Below are positions 20,148 to 26,509 of a stretch of 64,000 nucleotides of DNA, one piece after another. The position numbers and the translations under genes were made by a program. The DNA is from a virus: positions 23,183 to 87,182 of the IMG/VR virus record IMGVR_UViG_3300035670_000113. One strand, given 5' to 3'. The notes under the pieces are model-generated. The model was not told where the DNA came from and searched no databases. It worked only from the letters and a program-made list of their open reading frames with translations. Every line of letters begins with the position of its first letter. The first letter of the stretch is position 1.

Positions 20148-20248
20148 TGAGAACTAAAATCGCTTGGTGCAAAAGATGTAATTCATATAGAGTCTTTATT
20201 AAGATTGGATCTATTTGGAACTGCAGAGTTTGCGGAGAACAAAAATAG
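20147..20248 (+). CDS. 33 aa zinc-ribbon peptide
   Basis: own translation MRTKIAWCKRCNSYRVFIKIGSIWNCRVCGEQK; TAATG coupling, AGGAG SD. Confidence 0.65.
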   Translation: MRTKIAWCKRCNSYRVFIKIGSIWNCRVCGEQK

Positions 20249-20254
20249 AAAGAT

Positions 20255-20327
20255 GCTCCTATCTTCTAATGGACAGGAAACTAGACTCTCAATCTAGGAA
20301 TCGTGGGTTCAACTCCCCGTAGGAGCA
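20255..20327 (+). tRNA. tRNA-Glu(CTC)
   Basis: loop CTCTCAA. Confidence 0.88.
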
Positions 20328-20371
20328 CACAAATATAAAATGTTCTTTTGGTATAATATATAGGAGATAGA

Positions 20372-20494
20372 ATGTTAAACTTAATAAGAAACTTCATTAA
20401 GGCATACAAAGAAGCATGGCTTGAAGAGAAGGTTATCTTTATAGCCCTGTGCATATTCTTTATTGTTATCGTAGTTTTAGAAACCAGATTTTAG
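20372..20494 (+). CDS. 40 aa single-TM peptide
   Basis: own translation; AGGAG SD; VIFIALCIFFIVIVVL. Confidence 0.65.
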   Translation: MLNLIRNFIKAYKEAWLEEKVIFIALCIFFIVIVVLETRF

Positions 20495-20502
20495 TGGTAA
20501 AT

Positions 20503-20575
20503 GCTCCCTTCGTCTAGTGGTTAGGACATCTCCCTTTCAAGGAGAAGATGGTGGGTTCGACCCCCACAGGGAGCA
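20503..20575 (+). tRNA. tRNA-Glu(TTC)
   Basis: loop CTTTCAA. Confidence 0.93.
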
Positions 20576-20593
20576 CTGAAGCATGTAAGACAT

Positions 20594-20666
20594 TGACGAC
20601 TAGTTCAATTGGCGGAACGCCTGTCTCTGGAACAGGAGGCTCCAGGTTCGATCCCTGGGTCGTCAG
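20594..20666 (+). tRNA. tRNA-Gln(CTG)
   Basis: U1:A72, loop CTCTGGA. Confidence 0.92.
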
Positions 20667-20846
20667 CTTGGGAGTGACAATGTTACTGTAGTAAAGTCTG
20701 CATACAAGTCCTTGTGGCTTAGACTCCCAAATCGAAAATCTGTAAATCCACTATGCATAATCCTGAATAGTGGATTTACAGGCTAATGGATAACATCTTC
20801 ACTACATCATATCTTATTATAATTGAGTACAAGAAAGGAAAAACTA

Positions 20847-21113
20847 ATGTATAAAATCGAGTTCGCTCATTTCCCTAACGAGGGTGGATCTGGAAAGTTT
20901 CAAGAAAATGGTAATACGCTCAAGTATGTTGGACATACTACGTGTGTAATCCTAAAAGGTGAAGAATTAATCTCCACTGGTAAAGCATTTTGTGGAGAAA
21001 AGGATAAGTATAACAAGGAAAAAGGTCGTAAAGTGGCTCTTTCCAGGGCTATTAAAAACCTTGATAGAGATACAAGAACCACTATTTGGAATGAGTACTT
21101 TTGCAGAAAGTAA
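20847..21113 (+). CDS. conserved phage hypothetical protein
   Basis: AFC..KD.YNK.KGR..AL.RA motif; GAAAGGA SD. Confidence 0.7.
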   Translation: MYKIEFAHFPNEGGSGKFQENGNTLKYVGHTTCVILKGEELISTGKAFCGEKDKYNKEKGRKVALSRAIKNLDRDTRTTIWNEYFCRK

Positions 21114-21122
21114 AATACTGAT

Positions 21123-21196
21123 GGGTCTGTAGCTCAATTGGCTAGAGCAAGTGCCTCTTAAGCATTAGGTTCAGAGTTCAAATCTCTGCAGACTCA
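21123..21196 (+). tRNA. tRNA-Lys(CTT)
   Basis: loop CTCTTAA. Confidence 0.93.
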
Positions 21197-21212
21197 CTTA
21201 AGGATATATAAG

Positions 21213-21479
21213 ATGTCATTACTTCAAGAAGTCAGAGACTATAAAGATGTTATTACTTTTGGTAAGTATAAAGGTCATACCTACAGATACATTATTGATA
21301 TTGACCCATCCTATATTGACTGGCTAGATTCCCAAGAAATTGTAAAACTTCCAGCAAGGATGATGAAAAAAGTATTACATAATAAAAAAGAAAATGACAT
21401 ATTCTACGATGTAGATATTAGTCATGCTGACGATGACATTATTAATGGTGGATGTGACCCGAATATGTGGGGGGATTAA
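21213..21479 (+). CDS. FGKYKG-motif protein (DUF3820-like)
   Basis: ITFGKYKG......DPSYIDWL. Confidence 0.7.
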   Translation: MSLLQEVRDYKDVITFGKYKGHTYRYIIDIDPSYIDWLDSQEIVKLPARMMKKVLHNKKENDIFYDVDISHADDDIINGGCDPNMWGD

Positions 21480-21499
21480 TACACCATAAATCATCTTAT

Positions 21500-21571
21500 G
21501 CTCCTGTAGGTTAATGGATAACCGCTTCGCTACGGACGAAGAATCTGCGAGTTCGATCCTTGCCAGGAGCT
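21500..21571 (+). tRNA. tRNA-Arg(ACG)
   Basis: loop CTACGGA. Confidence 0.92.
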
Positions 21572-21583
21572 CAGTTAAATAAT

Positions 21584-21670
21584 GGAGAGTTGGCCGAGCG
21601 GTAAGGCTCTCGTCTTGAAAACGAGTGACATCTGTAAAAGGGTGCAGGGGTTCAATTCCTCTACTCTCCG
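21584..21670 (+). tRNA. tRNA-Ser(TGA)
   Basis: loop CTTGAAA, long variable arm, G73. Confidence 0.93.
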
Positions 21671-21674
21671 CCTT

Positions 21675-21926
21675 GTATCACATTTAGTAAGCAATCTAAT
21701 CACAGAAGGTTGCTGAAAATCAAGTAAGAAAAGAAAGTCTTACATGCACCAGGCATACCATTAAGATGTATGTATACTATATTAAGTTTAACTGTGAGTG
21801 TGACTTATTATAGGGTTATCAGGCTGTGACGCTTGAGATTCTACCAAAAATTCAGGTAACGACTGGAAAATGGTAGACGGTTACTAGAATCCGATGCCTT
21901 GAAATAAGGTGAGTGCAGTGTGATAC
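21675..21926 (+). ncRNA. candidate structured ncRNA (252 nt)
   Basis: 10-bp terminal stem GTATCACATT/AGTGTGATAC, several internal hairpins, fills the Ser-Ser spacer. Confidence 0.6.
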
Positions 21927-21928
21927 TT

Positions 21929-22013
21929 GGAAGATTGCCCGACCGGTAAGGGCTCGGTTTGCTAAACCGAAGGCATCCGTAAGGGTGAATAGGTTCGATT
22001 CCTATATCTTCCG
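21929..22013 (+). tRNA. tRNA-Ser(GCT)
   Basis: loop TTGCTAA, long variable arm. Confidence 0.93.
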
Positions 22014-22059
22014 CCTAAAAGACTAATAAGACAAAGATTGTCAAATTTCAAATTTACCC

Positions 22060-22088
22060 TTGACATGGCAAACATGTTGTGGTATACT
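22060..22088 (+). promoter_or_regulatory. sigma70-type promoter
   Basis: TTTACCC-TTGACA-N17-TATACT, TGTGG extended -10. Confidence 0.85.
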
Positions 22089-22152
22089 AGGGGTATGTGG
22101 ACGAAATGACCACCCCGCCTTTGGTGCAAACTGGGAATGGAAGTCCACATTA

Positions 22153-22226
22153 GCAGAAGTGGTGAAGTGGTATAACACGCTCGTCTGATAAGCGAGTATA
22201 CGCAGGTCCGAATCCTGCCTTCTGCA
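22153..22226 (+). tRNA. tRNA-Ile(GAT)
   Basis: loop CTGATAA. Confidence 0.9.
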
Positions 22227-22227
22227 C

Positions 22228-22530
22228 TAATGTCTGTGTGCCAGACTATAAAAGAACGTCCTACGGTTGAAATGGGATGTGTGGAGGTCTAACATACACA
22301 GGCTGTAAGTAACTCTGTAGTGATATTGGCAGAAGAAGAGATGCAAATTAGACCAGCATCTACTGCGCTCACATTCGGTAGCAATTAAACATGGTTAGTA
22401 GGCGAATGTGTGGGGTAGACATCCCCCCAAGACGGTGATAATTACAGGCCAGTAATTTGAGTCTTGTGAACCAGAATAATCATAGACAGAGTGAAAGCTA
22501 GGAGGCCTTACAAGCTTCCCACAGACATTA
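22228..22530 (+). ncRNA. candidate structured ncRNA (303 nt)
   Basis: perfect 11-bp terminal stem TAATGTCTGTG/CACAGACATTA, fills the Ile-Ile spacer. Confidence 0.65.
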
Positions 22531-22534
22531 ACAT

Positions 22535-22607
22535 GCTCCAGTAACTCAATGGTCAGAGTACCGCTCTTATAAGGCGTTAGTTGTAGGTTCGACTCCTACT
22601 TGGAGCA
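22535..22607 (+). tRNA. tRNA-Ile(TAT)
   Basis: loop CTTATAA, full cloverleaf. Confidence 0.88.
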
Positions 22608-22621
22608 CAGAAAGGAAATCT

Positions 22622-22789
22622 ATGAACACTCATCCAACAGAAGGAGGTTTATTGAGATATCCTGAAACAGGTGGTTTTTACGAAGAGATTCCGTGTACTT
22701 GCAAGGAGGATTGTAACGATCCTTGTAGGGGAGAATGTGGTTGTAGAGCATGTGTTAATGCTTATATAGATGTCCTGGAGTATGATTAA
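22622..22789 (+). CDS. 55 aa Cys-rich peptide
   Basis: own translation ...PCTCKEDCNDPCRGECGCRAC...; GAAAGGA SD. Confidence 0.65.
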   Translation: MNTHPTEGGLLRYPETGGFYEEIPCTCKEDCNDPCRGECGCRACVNAYIDVLEYD

Positions 22790-22801
22790 AGGCAATGTAC
22801 A

Positions 22802-22861
22802 AGACTACGAACAGCAAACTAAAAAAATTTTCCAGTCAATGAAAAAAAATAAAAGTAGTCT
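22802..22861 (+). ncRNA. CAGCAA-motif RNA, copy 1
   Basis: AGACTAC-GA-ACAGCAA...TTTTC/GAAAA hairpin...GTAGTCT. Confidence 0.7.
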
Positions 22862-22866
22862 GTTTT

Positions 22867-22952
22867 GGGTAGAAGGCGAATATGGTTTGTCGCACCTGAC
22901 TGTAAATCAGACGAGGCTCGGCCTCATGCAAGTTCGACTCTTGCTCTGCCCA
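22867..22952 (+). tRNA. tRNA-Tyr(GTA)
   Basis: loop CTGTAAA, long variable arm. Confidence 0.9.
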
Positions 22953-23017
22953 CATGTATTATTAATATTAATATATATTCAGGAGATGTGTCTTATGTAC
23001 CAATATCAGGACACTCT

Positions 23018-23092
23018 GCAACCTTGATGGGAATTGGCATACCTGGGTCCCTCAAAAGCTCCCGTTTACTGGTTCGAATCCAGTAGGTTGCA
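23018..23092 (+). tRNA. tRNA-Leu(CAA), atypical or degenerate
   Basis: intact acceptor and T arm, Leu-type D loop, loop CTCAAAA; mismatched anticodon stem and no long variable arm. Confidence 0.6.
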
Positions 23093-23113
23093 CTTATTGG
23101 CACTGCAATAAAA

Positions 23114-23190
23114 GCTCCCTTAGCTCAATTGGACAGAGCACTTCGGTCCTAACGAAGAGGTCACAGGTTCAAATCCTGTAGAGAGCACCA
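23114..23190 (+). tRNA. tRNA-Arg(CCT)
   Basis: loop GTCCTAA; encoded CCA. Confidence 0.9.
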
Positions 23191-23204
23191 AGAAAGGAGA
23201 TGCT

Positions 23205-23396
23205 ATGAAAATTTTTATGGTGATAATATACTTTCCATTGTTTGTAGTATTCTTTCCCTGGATTGTAGCATACAAACTTGCTATCAAAAATACACGTATT
23301 GATTATAATCTTAGTTATCCAATGACAATTATAGTCATAGGATATGTAGCTCAGATGGTTTATTTTGCAACGATTTTCTACGTGTTTTTGCATTAG
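23205..23396 (+). CDS. small two-TM membrane protein
   Basis: GAAAGGAG SD; hydrophobic. Confidence 0.7.
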   Translation: MKIFMVIIYFPLFVVFFPWIVAYKLAIKNTRIDYNLSYPMTIIVIGYVAQMVYFATIFYVFLH

Positions 23397-23402
23397 TAAA
23401 AT

Positions 23403-23488
23403 GCTCTTGTGGCGGAATTGGTAGACGCAACTGACTTAAAATCAGTCGGGAAATTAGTACCGTAAGGGTTCGAGTCCCTTCTTGAGCA
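23403..23488 (+). tRNA. tRNA-Leu(TAA)
   Basis: loop CTTAAAA, long variable arm; two U-U pairs in the acceptor stem. Confidence 0.88.
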
Positions 23489-23502
23489 CAGAAATGATAA
23501 AT

Positions 23503-23576
23503 GGCCCATTGGTCGAGATGGATAAGGCACTTCTCTGTCACGGAAGAAACCAGGGGTTCGAGTCCCCTATGGGCCG
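23503..23576 (+). tRNA. tRNA-Asp(GTC)
   Basis: loop CTGTCAC. Confidence 0.92.
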
Positions 23577-23613
23577 CCTTTAGTAAGTATTTATAAACAG
23601 TAAAAGGAGACTT

Positions 23614-23802
23614 ATGAAAACATTTTTAGTTCTATTAGGTATCTATATTACATTCGGATATGTATTTTCCATATCATATCTTTATGATGTATCAAGAACA
23701 TGGAACGCACATTTTGTAGGAAGAACAACACGAGAAGTTAAATTGATGGCCATTAAGAAAGCTATAATGATGGTTGTAATGTGGCCGGTTCTTTACAAAT
23801 AA
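23614..23802 (+). CDS. small membrane protein
   Basis: AAGGAG SD; two hydrophobic segments, ends in MWP. Confidence 0.7.
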   Translation: MKTFLVLLGIYITFGYVFSISYLYDVSRTWNAHFVGRTTREVKLMAIKKAIMMVVMWPVLYK

Positions 23803-23805
23803 GAT

Positions 23806-23876
23806 GGCTAGGTAAGCTAATGGTAAACTGCTGATCTCCAAAATCAGTTTTCAGGGTTCGAGTCCTTGTCTGGCCG
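23806..23876 (+). tRNA. tRNA-Trp(CCA)
   Basis: loop CTCCAAA. Confidence 0.9.
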
Positions 23877-23895
23877 CTATTAGAAAGGAGCATAT

Positions 23896-24066
23896 ATGAA
23901 TCAGTATCCTAAGGATTTACGTGATAAGCAACAGAAAAAGTTTTTAGAGAAGGGGGAAGAAGCCAGAAAAGAGTACCTGTTTCATAAGAAGTATAAGGTG
24001 GCTGTAAAACTGTCTGCACTGATTATATTCATTATGTTTATTATCAGAATCGTTATAGAAAATTAA
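23896..24066 (+). CDS. 56 aa tail-anchored membrane peptide
   Basis: own translation; GAAAGGAG SD; C-terminal LSALIIFIMFII. Confidence 0.65.
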   Translation: MNQYPKDLRDKQQKKFLEKGEEARKEYLFHKKYKVAVKLSALIIFIMFIIRIVIEN

Positions 24067-24077
24067 AAATTTATTAA

Positions 24078-24149
24078 TCCCGTCTAGCTCAATGGCAGAG
24101 CAGGAAGCTGTTAACTTCAAGGTTTGAGGTTCAAGTCCTCAGATGGGAG
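24078..24149 (+). tRNA. tRNA-Asn(GTT)
   Basis: loop CTGTTAA. Confidence 0.92.
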
Positions 24150-24153
24150 CTAA

Positions 24154-24227
24154 GGACTCGTAGTTCAGTTGGTTAGAATGTCTCTTTTACACAGAGAGGG
24201 TCGGGAGTTCGAGTCTCTCCGAGTCCA
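24154..24227 (+). tRNA. tRNA-Val(TAC)
   Basis: loop TTTACAC. Confidence 0.92.
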
Positions 24228-24253
24228 CCTATATCAAAAAGAAAGGATTCTCT

Positions 24254-24352
24254 ATGAAAGAAATCTACAAAAATCTCGATAATATTATCATATCCACTCT
24301 TATATTCATCACAGGAGTAGGCACGTTTCTGATGTTTAGATATGTTATCTAG
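24254..24352 (+). CDS. 32 aa single-TM peptide
   Basis: own translation MKEIYKNLDNIIISTLIFITGVGTFLMFRYVI; GAAAGGA SD. Confidence 0.6.
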   Translation: MKEIYKNLDNIIISTLIFITGVGTFLMFRYVI

Positions 24353-24357
24353 TATAG

Positions 24358-24428
24358 TCTCCTATCGTATAATGGAAGTATGCTTTGCTTTGAACAAAGA
24401 GGCCTCGGTTCAATTCCCTGTAGGAGAG
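24358..24428 (+). tRNA. tRNA-Gln(TTG)
   Basis: loop CTTTGAA; mismatches in the T stem. Confidence 0.8.
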
Positions 24429-24454
24429 CCTTTACACAATAGGAAGGAGTTATC

Positions 24455-24541
24455 ATGGCAATTCTAGTTTTGCTAGTTATTATTGTGGTACTTTTGTTTC
24501 TAGCCTACCTGTATTTATTCAAGAAATATTGGGACAAATGA
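24455..24541 (+). CDS. 28 aa single-TM peptide
   Basis: own translation MAILVLLVIIVVLLFLAYLYLFKKYWDK; AAGGAG SD. Confidence 0.65.
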   Translation: MAILVLLVIIVVLLFLAYLYLFKKYWDK

Positions 24542-24726
24542 AAACCATTAAGTATATTGACCCACCAGAAGGATGGAAATATGGATTTCCAAAAAAACTT
24601 CCTGATAAGATTAAGAATAAAGACATTAACAATTGGTTAATATCTCAAGGATATCCTAAGGAACTAATAGAATCCTATGGTGACAGTTTTATAGTAAGTT
24701 ACTGGACATCGAATAAGCCTCCATAA
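24538..24726 (+). CDS. conserved phage hypothetical protein
   Basis: IDPPEGWKYGFPK...WL...GYP motif; ATGA coupling; stop overlaps the tRNA-Lys 5' end. Confidence 0.7.
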   Translation: MKTIKYIDPPEGWKYGFPKKLPDKIKNKDINNWLISQGYPKELIESYGDSFIVSYWTSNKPP

Positions 24727-24790
24727 CTCAACTGGCTAGAGTATCTGCCTTTTAAGCAGGAAGTTCAGAGTTCAAATCTCTGTGGAGGCA
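24717..24790 (+). tRNA. tRNA-Lys(TTT)
   Basis: loop CTTTTAA. Confidence 0.92.
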
Positions 24791-24794
24791 CTAT

Positions 24795-24867
<73 letters not shown>

Positions 24868-24925
24868 CAATTATTAGAATTTCATTAGAATTGTGAAAGT
24901 CATATGAAATTGCCCCACTTTACCC

Positions 24926-24954
24926 TTGACAAAATTGAAATTTGATGGTATAAT
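24926..24954 (+). promoter_or_regulatory. sigma70-type promoter
   Basis: TTTACCC-TTGACA-N17-TATAAT. Confidence 0.85.
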
Positions 24955-24984
24955 AGGACATATAGGACGGCAGAAATAGGGCAT

Positions 24985-25063
24985 ATATTAATTAATATAT
25001 TAATTAATATATTAATTAATATATTAATTAATAAGCGGAATAATAAAATTTATTATTCCGCTT
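24985..25063. repeat. 4 x ATATTAATTAAT tandem repeat plus a 15-bp perfect inverted repeat
   Basis: repeats at 24985-25032; AAGCGGAATAATAAA-A-TTTATTATTCCGCTT at 25033-25063. Confidence 0.95.
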
Positions 25064-25113
25064 GATAAAAAAAAATAAAAAAAAAGAAGAAGAAAGTGAT
25101 TTTTATTTTACCC

Positions 25114-25142
25114 TTGACATATTTTAAAAATTGTGGTATAAT
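25114..25142 (+). promoter_or_regulatory. sigma70-type promoter
   Basis: TTTACCC-TTGACA-N17-TATAAT, TGTGG extended -10. Confidence 0.85.
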
Positions 25143-25175
25143 ATATACATAATAAAAAATGAAAGGAAGTAAAAA

Positions 25176-25418
25176 ATGATTCGTTCAAGTATTCACTCAA
25201 ACCAGTTTATTATTGCATCTGTCTATTACAGCGGTAAAACAGCTCATTTCTCTGTATCTGATAATCCTGTTATTCATGAGAGTTACTCAGAGGCTCTTAA
25301 GGAAGCTCAGCGTCTAGCATCTAAGTTTAATGGTAAAAAGTTTGTTGTACTTGCTATAGCCGCTATTGCTGAATTAGCTCCTGTAAGTACTCCGGTAATA
25401 ACCACTTATTCACTTTAG
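25176..25418 (+). CDS. conserved phage hypothetical protein
   Basis: H.SY.EA..EA.RLA....G..F.VL motif; GAAAGGA SD. Confidence 0.7.
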   Translation: MIRSSIHSNQFIIASVYYSGKTAHFSVSDNPVIHESYSEALKEAQRLASKFNGKKFVVLAIAAIAELAPVSTPVITTYSL

Positions 25419-25423
25419 TTTAC

Positions 25424-25711
25424 AAACATTGGTGACTGAAAGAAATCTTGACTTCGGGAACAAGGTATTTCCATAAGAATCATACTACATGGAAAGTAGG
25501 GAAGATAGGAAAGGGTAAGGTGCTGGTAAAGATATTCTTAGGACAGTAGAATTCCTAAGATCACAGGCAATGTGTATCTCACGAAGTTACACAGTACATG
25601 TAAAACCATGTCATCACGATAAAAAGAAATTGCTACTCTTTTTGTGATGTGACCGAATACCTGGAACTTCTATCATAATCTTGCAGTTAGTGACGCAACT
25701 GCCCAATGTTT
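25424..25711 (+). ncRNA. candidate structured ncRNA (288 nt)
   Basis: terminal stem AAACATTGG/CCAATGTTT, a run of internal hairpins, no ORF. Confidence 0.6.
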
Positions 25712-25717
25712 ATAAAT

Positions 25718-25792
25718 CGAGGAGTAGCTCAGTCCGGCTAGAGCACTTGCTTTGGGAGCAAGGGGTCGCAGGTTCAAATCCTGTTTCCTCGA
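25718..25792 (+). tRNA. tRNA-Pro(TGG)
   Basis: C1:G72, loop TTTGGGA. Confidence 0.94.
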
Positions 25793-25819
25793 CAGTACAT
25801 ATTTTCAAGGAGATATTAG

Positions 25820-25978
25820 ATGATTAATAAAAATCAAATTGTAACAATTATTCTATCAGTAATTTTACTGGGTGCTGGAATTGCTACTTTTGTAGTGACC
25901 AAGAATGATGCACTTTCAAATGAGCTTATGATTGGGTCTATGATATTTGTAGTGATTACCTTATTTCTAAAACAGTAG
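25820..25978 (+). CDS. 52 aa two-TM peptide
   Basis: own translation; AAGGAG SD. Confidence 0.65.
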   Translation: MINKNQIVTIILSVILLGAGIATFVVTKNDALSNELMIGSMIFVVITLFLKQ

Positions 25979-25984
25979 ATTGAT

Positions 25985-26040
25985 TGATTGCTTACAGCAA
26001 ATACTACTCTTTGGCTTCATGTCAAGTATAGGGGCAATCA
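25985..26040 (+). ncRNA. CAGCAA-motif RNA, copy 2
   Basis: TGATTGC-TT-ACAGCAA...TTGG-CTTCATG-TCAA...GCAATCA. Confidence 0.7.
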
Positions 26041-26052
26041 GTAAAATAACTT

Positions 26053-26124
26053 AGCGGGTGGTGGGCAAGGAGTCCAAAGAGCCTCATAAGCTCTTATAGC
26101 ACAATTCAATTTTGTGACCCGCTA
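26053..26124 (+). tRNA. tRNA with CAT anticodon (Met or Ile2), atypical
   Basis: acceptor AGCGGGT/ACCCGCT, loop CTCATAA; short D loop, T stem CACAA/TTGTG. Confidence 0.75.
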
Positions 26125-26127
26125 CAT

Positions 26128-26183
26128 GGACTTCATACAGCAACTAATAAATTTTTTCATTTGGAGAAAAAAAACCGAAGTCC
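26128..26183 (+). ncRNA. CAGCAA-motif RNA, copy 3
   Basis: GGACTTC-AT-ACAGCAA...TTTTTTC-ATTTGGA-GAAAAAA...GAAGTCC. Confidence 0.7.
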
Positions 26184-26189
26184 GTATTT

Positions 26190-26302
26190 GCCGAGATAGC
26201 TCAATGGTAGAGCACTAAAAAATTTTAGTCAGTAGATTAGTATCAGCAATAACTATAACCTTTGCAGGGTAGTGGTTCTAGGTTCGACTCCTAGTCTCGG
26301 CA
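26190..26302 (+). ncRNA. tRNA-like RNA with a 41-nt CAGCAA-motif insertion (copy 4)
   Basis: intact acceptor, D and T arms; insertion at 26218-26258 in the 5' strand of the anticodon stem. Confidence 0.8.
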
Positions 26303-26431
26303 CTAGTCACATAGGAATATGTGACTCCCACAAGCCCATTGGCGGTGCAAACCAATTAAAAAACACTTCAGAGTTTTTACCGCATAGATTTTCTCAAGGA
26401 CAAAAAAATCTATGCACACTTATATAGATTT

Positions 26432-26502
26432 GAGGCTATGGTCTATGGGTTGGGCCTCTGCCTTCCAAGCAGATGAACTGAGTTCGAGTCTCAGTAGCCT
26501 CT
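26432..26502 (+). tRNA. tRNA-Gly(TCC)
   Basis: loop CTTCCAA, U73. Confidence 0.88.
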
Positions 26503-26509
26503 TAAGTTA

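Noticed and set aside
22770-23086. Track ORFs 22770-23027 and 22865-23086
   Set aside because: They overlap tRNA-Tyr, tRNA-Leu and a CAGCAA element and lack SD sequences.
19445-23541. Minus-strand ORFs within the tRNA array (19445, 20900, 21962, 23169, 23335)
   Set aside because: They are antisense to tRNAs or to better-supported + strand genes.
24985-25032. Tandem 12-mers as a CRISPR array
   Set aside because: There are no spacers, the repeats are contiguous and AT-only, and no cas operon is present.
26190-26302. Calling this the missing tRNA-Cys or a self-splicing intron-containing tRNA
   Set aside because: Stem register puts TGC, not GCA, at positions 34-36; the discriminator is A, not U; and a 41-nt insert cannot be a group I or II intron.
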